DNA of 64,000 bases from Burkholderiales bacterium (lineage in GTDB: Bacteria; Pseudomonadota; Gammaproteobacteria; Burkholderiales; SG8-39), in NCBI GenBank assembly GCA_036560705.1, contig DATBQR010000010.1, positions 13,563-77,562 on the forward strand, given 5' to 3'. The notes below the pieces were generated by a model. The model was not told where the DNA came from. It saw nothing but the letters and a program-made list of their open reading frames with translations, and ran no database searches. Made by a program: the position numbers and the translations under genes. Numbering within the stretch: the stretch's first letter is position 1; each line of letters begins with the position of its first letter. Of this stretch, positions 9,702-20,096 are shown piece after piece.

Positions 9702-10267
9702 TTCAGCGCTCCCTTCGAGCGGAAACACTCCGCCGTATGGTCGTTTACCATGCCCGTGGCCTGCATGAAAGCGTACATGATGGTCGAGCCGACGAACTTG
9801 AAGCCGCGGCCCTCGAGGTCCTTGGACAGCGCGTCCGACACTTCGGTTCGCGCCGGCAGCGCGGCGCCGGCGCGGCGCCGGTTATCGAGCGGCCTGCCGC
9901 CGACGAAGCCCCAGACATGGCGCGAGAACGTGCCGTATTCCTTGCGGACCGCCAGAAAGCATTTCGCGTTGGTCACCGCCGAATCGATTTTCAGCCGGTT
10001 GCGCACGATGCCCGCGTTGTTCATCAGGGCGTTTTTCTTCTTCGCCCCGTAATTTGCAATTTTCTTCGGGTCAAACCCATCGAAGGCTTTGCGGTAATTC
10101 TCCCGCTTGGCGAGGATGGTGTCCCAGGACAGGCCGGCCTGGGCGCCCTCGAGGATGAGGAATTCGAACAGCTTGCGGTCGATCCTCACCGGCACGCCCC
10201 ACTCGCGGTCGTGGTAGCGGATGGCAAGGGGGTTTTTCGCCCACCTGCAACGGCTTACTTCCTTCAT
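9698..10267 (-). CDS. tag: DNA-3-methyladenine glycosylase I
   Basis: 189 aa. RCRW..YHDREWGVP, LILEGAQAGLSW and C-terminal NDHTAEC (all four Zn ligands present). Confidence 0.92.
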   Translation of the reverse strand: MKEVSRCRWAKNPLAIRYHDREWGVPVRIDRKLFEFLILEGAQAGLSWDTILAKRENYRKAFDGFDPKKIANYGAKKKNALMNNAGIVRNRLKIDSAVTNAKCFLAVRKEYGTFSRHVWGFVGGRPLDNRRRAGAALPARTEVSDALSKDLEGRGFKFVGSTIMYAFMQATGMVNDHTAECFRSKGALK

Positions 10268-11578
10268 TTACACCAGGCCGACGTTCTGCTCGTGCATCAG
10301 CGACAGCAGGCGCCCGCCCAGCATGGTCAGGCGCTCGGCCATCACGGCGAGGAAGGCCTCGCTGAAGCGCGCGCGGCAGGACTCGGAGAAGCCGTCGATG
10401 TCCTGGATGCGCAGGCCGAGCACCCAGCTGATCTCCACCGCGGTGACGGTGGCGCTGCGCTTGGCCGAGCTGCGGCGCGCGTAGACCATTTCGCCGACGC
10501 AGTCGCCCGGGCTGACCGCGTTCAACAGCTTGCCGCGCTGCGTCACCTTGAGAAGCCCGGCGGCGAGCACGTAGATATGGTCGTCCTCGACGCCCTCGCG
10601 GATCAGTTCGGCGCCGGCGGAGAACTTGCGGCAGCGGCACTTGCGCACCACTTCCCAGAGCTCGGTATCGGAGAAGCGCCGGAAGAACGCGAGGCGCCGC
10701 ATGGCGCTGAATTCCTCGACGTCGGAGAGGCTGGACAGCGTCGCGTCCTCTTCCGACACCAGGGGCTCGAGCGCGGCGGCGAATTCCTCCCAGCTGTCGT
10801 AGCGGTCGGCGCGCGTCTTGCCGAGCGCCCGCATCACCACGCCGTCCAGCGCCGGCGCGACGCCCTGCTGCACCGTGGAGGGCGGCGGCGGCTCCTTGCG
10901 CAGGATGTCGTCCATGAGCTCGTAGGCGGTCGAGCCGGCGAAAGGTCGCGCGCCGGTGAGCATGTGGTACATCACGCCGCCCAGCGAAAACATGTCGGAG
11001 CGGAAATCTATTTCCTCGCCGCCGCGGATCTGCTCGGGCGACATGTAGAACGGCGAGCCGACGCCGGAGACCTGCGTGGTGTCCGAGCGCGACAGCTGCG
11101 CGGCGCCGAAGTCCGACACCTTGATGTCGAAATCGGGCCTCAGCATGATGTTGGCCGGCTTGATGTCGCGATGCACGACGCCGGCGGTGTTGGCGTACTC
11201 CAGCGCCTTGCAGCATTTGTAGGCGATCTGCGCCGTGCGCGACACCGGCAGCAGGCCCGAGGGGTCGCAATGCGGCTGCAGCGAGGTGCCCTCGACCAGC
11301 TCCATCACCAGGTAGCGCAGGTCCTTGCCGTCCTTTTTCTCCACGCCCGCGTCGAAGATGCTGACGATGTGCGGGTGGCGCAGCTTGCCGGCGAGCGAAG
11401 CCTCGTTCTGGAAGAATTTGAGCGCGCGCCGCGCTTCTTCCGCATCGTTCGGCATCGCGTCGAGGACCTTGATGGCGATCTGGCGGCGCTCGAACGGATC
11501 GGTGGCGAGATAAACCGAGCCGGTGGCGCCCTTGCCCAGCAGCTTGTGGACCTCGTATTTGCCGATGTGCGAGTGCAT
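10268..11578 (-). CDS. Hanks-type Ser/Thr protein kinase with C-terminal cyclic-nucleotide-binding domain
   Basis: 436 aa. LGKGATGSVY, IAIKVL, HRDIKPANIM, VSDFG and SPFYMSPE kinase motifs. C-terminal CAP/PKA-like domain with phosphate-binding cassette GDCVGEM..KRSATVTA. Confidence 0.88.
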   Translation of the reverse strand: MHSHIGKYEVHKLLGKGATGSVYLATDPFERRQIAIKVLDAMPNDAEEARRALKFFQNEASLAGKLRHPHIVSIFDAGVEKKDGKDLRYLVMELVEGTSLQPHCDPSGLLPVSRTAQIAYKCCKALEYANTAGVVHRDIKPANIMLRPDFDIKVSDFGAAQLSRSDTTQVSGVGSPFYMSPEQIRGGEEIDFRSDMFSLGGVMYHMLTGARPFAGSTAYELMDDILRKEPPPPSTVQQGVAPALDGVVMRALGKTRADRYDSWEEFAAALEPLVSEEDATLSSLSDVEEFSAMRRLAFFRRFSDTELWEVVRKCRCRKFSAGAELIREGVEDDHIYVLAAGLLKVTQRGKLLNAVSPGDCVGEMVYARRSSAKRSATVTAVEISWVLGLRIQDIDGFSESCRARFSEAFLAVMAERLTMLGGRLLSLMHEQNVGLV

Positions 11579-11620
11579 GAGGGAGCGATGCTACCCCAGG
11601 CGCGGGGCTAGAATCTCCCC

Positions 11621-11935
11621 ATGATCACGCGGCGTGCCGCCTTAACTCGCGCATTACCTCTTTTTACACTTGCGCTCGCGCTCGCCGCCTGCGGCGAGTT
11701 GCGCTGGCAGAAGGCCGGCGGCGATGACGCCGGCCTGACGCGGGACCTGGCCGCCTGCCGCAGTCAGGCTCAAGAAAGGTTCGGCGGCGCCGGCAACATC
11801 GGACTGCCGCCCACCACCGATCCCCGCTTCGGCCCCGTCGGCCCCAGCCAGGCCGACCTGCAGATGCAGCAAAGCCAGGCGGTCAGCACCTGCATGCGCG
11901 GCAAAGGCTACGTCTTGGTGCCCGCGGAAAAGTAA
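11621..11935 (+). CDS. small putative lipoprotein
   Basis: 104 aa. Signal sequence ending in lipobox LALAAC. The 3' end overlaps the convergent 11908..14271 gene by 28 nt. Confidence 0.55.
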   Translation: MITRRAALTRALPLFTLALALAACGELRWQKAGGDDAGLTRDLAACRSQAQERFGGAGNIGLPPTTDPRFGPVGPSQADLQMQQSQAVSTCMRGKGYVLVPAEK

Positions 11936-14271
11936 GCGCGGTTCGCCGCTTCCTTGACTTCGTGGCTGGCCGGCCGCGCGCGCAGGCGCAGCTCGGTCAG
12001 TTCCGTGCGCTCGCGCGGCGAGTTGCGGAACGCCTGGTCCTTGCCCGGCAGGTATTGCGGCGGCCAGAACTGCGCTGCGTGGCCATACCAGGCCGAAGCC
12101 TGCAGCGTGAAATAGGGATTGGCGAGATGCGGCCGGCCGAGCGCCACCAGGTCCGCCTTGCCGGAGGCGAGCAGCGTGTTCACCTGGTCGGCGCTGGTGA
12201 CCGCGCCCACCGTCATGGTCGCGATGCCGGTCTCGTTGCGCACCCAGTCGGCGAACGGCGCCTGGTACATGCGGCCGTAGAGCGGGCGCTGCTGCGGCAC
12301 GGTCTGTCCGGTCGAGCAGTCGATCAGGTCGCAACCCGCTTCTTTGAGCATTTTCGTGAGCGCGAGCAGGTCTTCTCCCGACAGCCCGCCCGGCGCCCAG
12401 TCGGCCGCCGAGATGCGCGCGGACATGGGCTTGTCCTCCGGCCACGCTTTCCGGCACGCCTTGAAAACAGCCAGCGGGAAACGCATGCGGTTCCCGATGG
12501 AACCGCCATATTCATCGCTGCGCCTGTTGGTGAGCGGCGAAATGAAGCTCGCCAGCAGGTAGCCGTGCGCCATGTGAATTTCCAGCATGTCGAAGCCGGC
12601 TTGGTGGGCCAGCTCGGCGCTCCTGACAAATTCACTTTTTATTTTTTCCATGTCCGCTTCTGTCATTTCCCGCGGAACCTGCGAAACACCCTCGTAGTAG
12701 GGAATCGGCGAAGCCGAAACCACCGGCCAGTTGCCGGCGTCCAGCGGGTGATCCATTTTTTCCCAGCCGAGCTGCGTCGACCCCTTGCGGCCGGCGTGGC
12801 CGATCTGCAGGCAGAGCTTCGCCTTCGAGTTGGCGTGGCAGAAATCGGTGATGCGACGGAAGGCGTCGCGCTGCGCTTCGTTCCACAGGCCGGTGCAGCC
12901 GGGCGTAATGCGACCCTCCGGAGAGACGCAGGTCATCTCGACGTACACCATCCCCGCTCCGCCGACCGCACGCGAGCCGAGGTGCACCATGTGCCAGTCG
13001 CCGGGGACACCGTCCACCGCCGAGTACTGGTCCATCGGCGACACCACCACGCGGTTCTCCAGCGTCATGCCGCGCAGCTTGAACGGCGTGAACATCGGCA
13101 CCGGCGGGTTCGCCGGATCGACATCGAATCCCTGGTCTTTCGATTTGCCGGCGAACCAGCGTCCGACCTCCCCCACGAACGCCGGGTCGCGCAGCTCCAG
13201 GTTCTCCCAGGTGATCTGCTTGGAGCGCGACATGACGCCGAAGGCGAACTGCAGCGGGTCCATGTCCCAGTAGCGGCGCATGTGCTCGAACCAGGCGAGC
13301 GACACGTTGGCGGCGTGCTGCGTTTTTTCCACTTCTTCACGCCTTGCCGTGTCGTATTTCCGCAGGGATGCCTTTGTTTCCTTTTCGGTTTTAAGGCATT
13401 CATACAAGGCAATCGCATCTTCCATTGCCAGCTTTGTTCCGGAACCGATCGAGAAATGGGCGGTAGCCTTGGCGTCGCCCACCAGCACCGCGTTGCCTTT
13501 GACCCAGGTCCGGTTGGTGATGGTCGGGAAGTTGCGCCAGACCGAGCGGTTGGGAATCAGCTTGTGGCCGTCGAGTTCCCCGGCGAACACGCGCTCCACC
13601 GTCTCCAGCATCGCCGCCTCGTCCTTCGCGTCGAAGCCGAAGTTCTTCCAGGTCTGCTCGTCGGTCTCGATGATCCAAGTGCTGCGGTCCTCCTCGTACT
13701 GGTAGCAGTGCGCGAGGAGGATGCCCTCCGGCGTCTCGCGGAAGAAATACTTGAAGGCGTCCAGCGGCCTGGTGGAGCCGAGCCAGGTGAACTTGTTCGG
13801 CCGCAGGTCGACGCTGGGCTGGAAATGATCCTTGTTTTTCTCGCGGATGGCCGAATTGATGCCGTCCGCAACCACGATCAGGTCGGAATCCGCGAATTCT
13901 TCCAGATTTTTGATCTCTTTTTGAAAAACCAATTTCACACCCAATTCCCGGCAGCGGTCGTGCAGGATGTGCAGCAGCGCCACGCGCGAGCAGCCGCAGA
14001 AGCCGTTGCCGCCCGAGCGCATGGTGCGGCCCTTGTAGACCACGTCGACGTCGCCCCAGTAGGCGAAGCGGCGCCGGATCATCTCGTAGGACGGCACGTC
14101 GTAGGCCTTGAAAGCGTCGAGGGTCTGGTCGGAGAACACCACGCCGAAGCCGAAGGTGTCGTCCGGGCGGTTGCGCTCGTAGACCGTGATATCCCATCTC
14201 GGCCATGCCTTCTGCGCCAGCAGCGCGAAGTACAGCCCGCCCGGCCCACCGCCGACGATGGAGACTTTCAT
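11908..14271 (-). CDS. bifunctional FAD monooxygenase / old-yellow-enzyme reductase (2-aminobenzoyl-CoA monooxygenase/reductase- or salicylyl-CoA 5-hydroxylase-type)
   Basis: 787 aa. N-terminal VSIVGGGPGGLYFA FAD fold plus GDA..H.SIGSGTKLAMEDA. C-terminal OYE barrel (EIHMAHGYLLASFISPLTNRRSDEYGGS). Confidence 0.9.
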   Translation of the reverse strand: MKVSIVGGGPGGLYFALLAQKAWPRWDITVYERNRPDDTFGFGVVFSDQTLDAFKAYDVPSYEMIRRRFAYWGDVDVVYKGRTMRSGGNGFCGCSRVALLHILHDRCRELGVKLVFQKEIKNLEEFADSDLIVVADGINSAIREKNKDHFQPSVDLRPNKFTWLGSTRPLDAFKYFFRETPEGILLAHCYQYEEDRSTWIIETDEQTWKNFGFDAKDEAAMLETVERVFAGELDGHKLIPNRSVWRNFPTITNRTWVKGNAVLVGDAKATAHFSIGSGTKLAMEDAIALYECLKTEKETKASLRKYDTARREEVEKTQHAANVSLAWFEHMRRYWDMDPLQFAFGVMSRSKQITWENLELRDPAFVGEVGRWFAGKSKDQGFDVDPANPPVPMFTPFKLRGMTLENRVVVSPMDQYSAVDGVPGDWHMVHLGSRAVGGAGMVYVEMTCVSPEGRITPGCTGLWNEAQRDAFRRITDFCHANSKAKLCLQIGHAGRKGSTQLGWEKMDHPLDAGNWPVVSASPIPYYEGVSQVPREMTEADMEKIKSEFVRSAELAHQAGFDMLEIHMAHGYLLASFISPLTNRRSDEYGGSIGNRMRFPLAVFKACRKAWPEDKPMSARISAADWAPGGLSGEDLLALTKMLKEAGCDLIDCSTGQTVPQQRPLYGRMYQAPFADWVRNETGIATMTVGAVTSADQVNTLLASGKADLVALGRPHLANPYFTLQASAWYGHAAQFWPPQYLPGKDQAFRNSPRERTELTELRLRARPASHEVKEAANRAYFSAGTKT

Positions 14272-14660
14272 GGGACGACCGCCGTCGTTTCGATTTCGAC
14301 CTTGGCCTCGTCTTCCATCAAGGCAGCCACCTGCACCACCGCCATCGCCGGATAGTGCCTGCCGATCAGCTCGCGGTACGCGGCGCCAACTTCCTTGATG
14401 GCCCCCAGGTATTCCTTTTTGTCGGTCACGTACCAGGTCATGCGCACGATGTGCTCGGGCCTGCCGCCGGCTTCGGCGAGCACGGCGAGGGTGTTCTTCA
14501 GGGTCTGGCGAAACTGCCCGGCGAATGTCTTTTCTTCGAAAGCGTTTTTTGCATTGAAGGCAATTTGGCCGGCGATGAAAACCATCGTCCCGCCCTTGAC
14601 TGCAATGCCGTTGGCATACCCCTTTGGCTTTTCCCAGCCGGGCGGTTGCAGGATATTCAT
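14268..14660 (-). CDS. RidA/YjgF family enamine-imine deaminase
   Basis: 130 aa from ATG 14660, embedded in the mis-framed track ORF 14268..16106. GYANGIAVKGGTMVFIAGQIA and the C-terminal AAL..EAKVEIE block. ATGA overlaps on both sides. Confidence 0.85.
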   Translation of the reverse strand: MNILQPPGWEKPKGYANGIAVKGGTMVFIAGQIAFNAKNAFEEKTFAGQFRQTLKNTLAVLAEAGGRPEHIVRMTWYVTDKKEYLGAIKEVGAAYRELIGRHYPAMAVVQVAALMEDEAKVEIETTAVVP

Positions 14661-16324
14661 GGTTGCGTCCTCAGCCTGAAGCGCTGCAGCTTGCCGGTCT
14701 CGGTGCGCGGCAGCGCGGCCACGAACTCGATGTAGCGCGGGTACTTGTAGGGGGCGATGTTCCGCTTGACGTGTTCCTGCAGATCTTTCTTCATCGCCTC
14801 GCTCGCGGAAAAATCCTTCTTCAGGACGACGACCGCTTTGACGATCATGCCGCGCTCCTCGTCGGGCACGCCGACCACGCCGCATTCCGCCACGGCAGGG
14901 TGCGACAGCAGCGCCCCTTCCACTTCCGGCCCGGCGATGTTGTAGCCCGCCGAGATGATCATGTCGTCGGTGCGCGCCTGGTAGATGAAGTAGCCGTCCA
15001 TGTCCATCACGTAGGCGTCGCCGGTCAGGTTCCAGCCGCGCATTTTTCCTTCCTGAATGACGTAGTTCTTCTGCCGGTCGTCGGCGAGGTAGCGGCAGCC
15101 CGTCGGTCCTTTTACCGCCAGGCGGCCGATCTGGCCGGGCGCGCAGCGCTCGCCGTTTTCGTCCAGCACCGCCGCGGCGTAGCCGGGAATCGCCTGCCCG
15201 GTGGCGCCGCGCTTCACGTGCCCGGGCGCGTGCGAGATGAAAATATGGATCATCTCCGTGGAGCCGATCCCATCGATGATCTCGATGCCGCTCGCCTGCT
15301 TGAACAGCTGGCGCGTCGCGTCCGGCAGCGCCTCCCCCGCGGAGACGCATTTCTTCAGCGAAGACAGATCGTAGTTTTTCCCGCTTTTGTCCCACCCGCC
15401 GGCCAGCGCCCGGTACATGGTCGGCGCGGTGAAGAGGATGGTCGCCTTGAACTTCTGGACGGATTCCAGCAGCGTCTCCGGCGTGAACTTCTCCACCAGC
15501 GCGGTGCTGGCGCCGAAACGCATCGGGAAGCACAGCAAGCCGCCCAGGCCGAAGGTGAAGGCGAGCGGCGGCGAACCGATGAAGATGTCGTCCTTCGTGG
15601 GTTTGAGGCAGGAGCGCGGAAAGCAATCGCACATGGCGATCACGTCGCGGTGGAAATGCATGGTGCCCTTGGGCTTGCCCGTGGTGCCGGAGGTAAAGGC
15701 GATCAGCGCAACGTCCTCGGCGGACGTGTCCACGTTGCGGAAGCTGGGCGAGCGCTCGGCGGCGAGCGTGTCCAGCGACTCGTCGCCGTCCTCGTACCAG
15801 TAGCGGATCTCCTCCAGGGTCGGGCAGTTGGGCAGCGCGAGCTTGAGTTCCGCCTCCAGCCGCTTGTCGCAGAGGGCGTGCGTGATCCTCGCCTTGACGA
15901 TGATTTCGGTGAGTTCCTTCGCGCGCAGCAGCGGCATGGTGCCGACGCAGATGCCGCCCGCCTTGAACACCGCGAACCAGCAGGCCGCCATCATCGGGTT
16001 GTTGGGCCCGCGCAGCAGCACGCGGTTGCCGGGCTTGACGCCCATGTCGCGCACCAGCACGTTGGCGATGCGGTTCGCCTGCGCCAGCAACTGCGCGTAG
16101 GTGCATTCGCCGTCCGGCGCGCGGATGGCGATGCGCCCGCCGTGGCCCGCCTGCACCATGTCGTCCAGCAGCACGCCGGCGCAGTTCATGCGCTCCGGAT
16201 ACCGCAGTTCCGGCAGGTCGAAGCTGAACTCAGGCCACTGCTCGCGCGGCGGCAGGTTGTCGCGGGCGAAGGTGTCGACATGCGCCGTCTTCGTGTCGGA
16301 AGACCCGGAGGAAAACCCTCTCAT
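14657..16324 (-). CDS. aryl-CoA ligase (2-aminobenzoate/benzoate-CoA ligase family)
   Basis: 555 aa. AMP-binding motifs [11 protein letters not shown] and [17 protein letters not shown]-terminus [19 protein letters not shown] is typical of aromatic acid-CoA ligases. Confidence 0.88.
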   Translation of the reverse strand: MRGFSSGSSDTKTAHVDTFARDNLPPREQWPEFSFDLPELRYPERMNCAGVLLDDMVQAGHGGRIAIRAPDGECTYAQLLAQANRIANVLVRDMGVKPGNRVLLRGPNNPMMAACWFAVFKAGGICVGTMPLLRAKELTEIIVKARITHALCDKRLEAELKLALPNCPTLEEIRYWYEDGDESLDTLAAERSPSFRNVDTSAEDVALIAFTSGTTGKPKGTMHFHRDVIAMCDCFPRSCLKPTKDDIFIGSPPLAFTFGLGGLLCFPMRFGASTALVEKFTPETLLESVQKFKATILFTAPTMYRALAGGWDKSGKNYDLSSLKKCVSAGEALPDATRQLFKQASGIEIIDGIGSTEMIHIFISHAPGHVKRGATGQAIPGYAAAVLDENGERCAPGQIGRLAVKGPTGCRYLADDRQKNYVIQEGKMRGWNLTGDAYVMDMDGYFIYQARTDDMIISAGYNIAGPEVEGALLSHPAVAECGVVGVPDEERGMIVKAVVVLKKDFSASEAMKKDLQEHVKRNIAPYKYPRYIEFVAALPRTETGKLQRFRLRTQP

Positions 16325-17434
16325 TTGAGCAGTTCCCGGGCGATGATCACTTTCTGCACCTCGGTGGCGCCTTCATAGATCCGCAGCGCCCGCACTTCGC
16401 GGTAGAGGCGCTCCACCGGATGGCCGCTCTTCACGCCCAGGCCGCCGAAAATCTGCACCGCCGCATCGACTACCGACTGCGCCATTTCGGTGGCGTACAT
16501 CTTCGCCATGGCGGCTTCCTTGGTTACTTTCTGAAGCTTTACATCTCTTTGCCAGGCAGATCTGTAGGTGAGAAGCGCCGCAGCCTCGATGCCCGTCGCC
16601 ATGTCCGCGAGCTTCGCCTGCGTCATCTGCAGGTCCGCCAGCTTCTTGCCGAACATCGGCCGGTCCTTCGCGCGCGCCAGCGCCTCGTCTAGCGCGCGCC
16701 GTGCGAAGCCGAGCGCCGCGCCGGCGACCGTGGTGCGGAACACGTCCAGGTTGCGCATCGCCAGCTTGAAGCCCTGCCCCGCCTTGCCGATCAGTTCGGC
16801 CCTGGATCCCACGAACTTCACCGTCGCCATCGGGTGCGGCGCGATGATGTCGATGCGTTCCGATGCGTCGACGTGCTTCGCCTCGACGATGAAAGCACTT
16901 ATTCCTTCATCAGCTCGCGCGAACGTGACGTAGAAATCGGCGATTCCGCCGTTCGAGATCCAGGTCTTCACTCCGTTCACGACCCAACCCCCGCTGGTTC
17001 GGGTAGCAGTGCAGGTCATGGCCGCCACATCTGAACCTGCGTCGGGCTCCGATAGCGCGAAGGCAGAAATCGCCTCGCCCGCCGCCACGCGCGGCAGCCA
17101 GGCCGTCTTCTGCGCTTCGGTGCCTGCAAGGACAATCGGCCCGCTGCCCAGGCCCTGCATGACGAACGCGAAGTCGGCCAGGCCGTGGTGGTAGGCGAAC
17201 ACCTCGCGCAGCAGCGCGATGGAGCGCACGTCCGGCGTCGCCGAGACACAGTGCTTCAGGAAACCGGCCTTGCCAAGCTCGGAGACAAATTGCCTGCAGG
17301 TCGAATCCGTTCCCTGTTCTTTTAGCTTTAAAAGCCTTTCAACGCACCAGGCATCGGCCTCCACCGCCAGTTGCCGATGGCCCCCGTCGAGGAACGGCCA
17401 CTCATAGTGGGAAAACCGGTCCATCAGTTTCCTC

Positions 17435-17448
<14 letters not shown>
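16321..17448 (-). CDS. acyl-CoA dehydrogenase
   Basis: 375 aa. [14 protein letters not shown] and C-terminal IYEGATEVQ motifs. Confidence 0.88.
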
Positions 17449-18222
<774 letters not shown>

Positions 18223-18226
<4 letters not shown>

Positions 18227-18690
18227 GACCTCGCCCCCATGGTGACCTGCTTCATCCGGCCCAGCAGCTTGTAGACCTCGGCGTGCTCCTTGCGCGACAG
18301 CCCCTCGAGCAGTTCGACGATCCAGCCCTCGTGCGCGCGCGCCATCTCGGCGAAGGCCTTGCGGCCGGCGCGCGTCAGGCGCACGCGGTAGGCGCGCCGG
18401 TCCGAGGGTTCCGCCGCGCGCTCGACCAGGCCCTGCTTCTCCAGCGGATCGACGATGCCGGTGACGTTGCCGCCGGTCACCATCAGGTGGCGCGACAGCT
18501 CGTTCATCTTGAGGCCGTCCGGGTAGCGCCACAGCTGGGACATCAGGTCGAAGCGCGGCAGCGTGGTGTCGAAGCGGCCGCGCAGCCGGGCGCGCACTTC
18601 GCGCTCGATCAGCTGCGAGCAGGTCAGCAGGCGCAGCCACAGGCGCAGCGCCTGATGGTCGTCGGTGCGCGCCGCGGTTTCCCGGTCCAT
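18223..18690 (-). CDS. MarR family transcriptional regulator
   Basis: 155 aa from ATG 18690. Winged-helix core [42 protein letters not shown]. First gene of the abm-like operon. Confidence 0.8.
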
Positions 18691-18802
18691 GCCAGATACC
18701 CCAAGCCTCAATAGATTAGACCTAAAGTAACTCAGCTTTGCCGGGCGCGCAAGCGGATGGTGTAAATTAACCGTCGGACGTTCTACTCTGGGAGGGGTAA
18801 CC

Positions 18803-20080
18803 ATGGTTTCCTTCAAGCGCCGGCAACTCGTTGCCGGCATCAGCGCTGCGTTCGCAACCGGTTTCCTCGGCTCGGCGGCCCGGGCGGCAATGGGGCCGAA
18901 CGACAAGTTCGACCTCGTGATCAAGGGCGGCGAGGTACTCGATCCCAGCCAGGGCCTGCGCGGCAAGCGCGACATCGGCATCCGCTTCGGCCTTGTCGAA
19001 GCGGTCGAGGCCGACATCCCTGCCGCGCGCGCGAACCGGGTCATGAACGCCGCCGGCCGGGTGGTGGTGCCGGGCCTGATCGACCTGCACTCGCACGTCT
19101 ACACCACCGGCATCGGCATCCCGGCCGACGAGCTGGCGCCCTACCAGGGCACCACCACGATGGTCTCCGCGGGCGACGCGGGCTCGAGCACCTTCGCGGT
19201 CTACCGCCGCTACATGGCGGCGCAGTCGCGCACGCGCCTGTTCGCCTTCGTGCACATCGCCAACATCGGCCTGTCCGCTTTCCCGATCGGCGAGCTGTAC
19301 AACATCGATTTCGCGCAGGTCGACGCGGCGGCCAAGACGCTGGCAGAGAACACCGACATGGCCATCGGCATCAAGGTGCGCATGTCGCAGAACGTCATCG
19401 CCAGGAACGGCATCGAGCCGCTCAAGCGCTCGATCCGCGCCTGCGAGATCGCCGGCACCAACGGCCGCGTGATGTGCCACATCGGCGGCGTCGAGACGGC
19501 GGCGCTGATGTCGCAGATCCTCGATACGCTGCGCCCCGGCGACATCCTCACGCACTGCTACTCCGGCGCGCCGAACGACGCGGGCCAGTTCACCAACATC
19601 GTGCAGGACGGCAAGCTGCTGCCGGCCGCACTTGCTGCGAAACAGCGCGGCGTGGTGTTCGACGTCGGCCACGGCGGCGGCAGCTTCGACTACACGGTCG
19701 CGGAAGCCGCAATCGCGCAGGGCTGCACACCGGACAACATCTCCTCGGACATCCACGTGTTCTCGGGCAACTCGGCCGGCCAGCCCTACCTGACCAACGT
19801 GATGAGCAAATTCATGAACATGGGCTACTCGTTCGAGCAGGTGCTCGGCATGGCGACGACGGGCCCGGCGAAGATCATCAACCGCATCCCCAAGCACGGC
19901 ACGCTGCAGGTCGGCGCGCCGGGCGACGTCACGCTGCTCGAGGTGGTGAACGGCCCGGTGGAGTTCGTCGATACGCGCAACAACAAGCGCCAGGGCAAGG
20001 TCTACATCAAGCCGACCAATACCGTCGTCGCCGGCGTCGCCTTCGGACAGCCCTACCAGGCGCCGTTCTCGACGCGCTGA
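18803..20080 (+). CDS. amidohydrolase-superfamily metallohydrolase with Tat-type signal
   Basis: 425 aa. Twin-arginine leader (SFKRRQLVAGISAAFATGFLGSAARA). PGLIDLHSHVY (HxH metal motif). Confidence 0.8.
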   Translation: MVSFKRRQLVAGISAAFATGFLGSAARAAMGPNDKFDLVIKGGEVLDPSQGLRGKRDIGIRFGLVEAVEADIPAARANRVMNAAGRVVVPGLIDLHSHVYTTGIGIPADELAPYQGTTTMVSAGDAGSSTFAVYRRYMAAQSRTRLFAFVHIANIGLSAFPIGELYNIDFAQVDAAAKTLAENTDMAIGIKVRMSQNVIARNGIEPLKRSIRACEIAGTNGRVMCHIGGVETAALMSQILDTLRPGDILTHCYSGAPNDAGQFTNIVQDGKLLPAALAAKQRGVVFDVGHGGGSFDYTVAEAAIAQGCTPDNISSDIHVFSGNSAGQPYLTNVMSKFMNMGYSFEQVLGMATTGPAKIINRIPKHGTLQVGAPGDVTLLEVVNGPVEFVDTRNNKRQGKVYIKPTNTVVAGVAFGQPYQAPFSTR

Positions 20081-20096
20081 AGAACCGCAGCGCGGC

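Noticed and set aside
11587-11599. The 13-mer GATGCTACCCCAG recurs at 27986-27998. On the minus strand both copies lie exactly 8 nt upstream of an ATG start (the kinase and the MATE transporter).
   Set aside because: Exact 13-mers are expected to recur many times by chance in 2 x 64 kb of GC-biased sequence. The flanks do not align. In the second copy the motif is simply the last codons plus TAG of the EamA gene.
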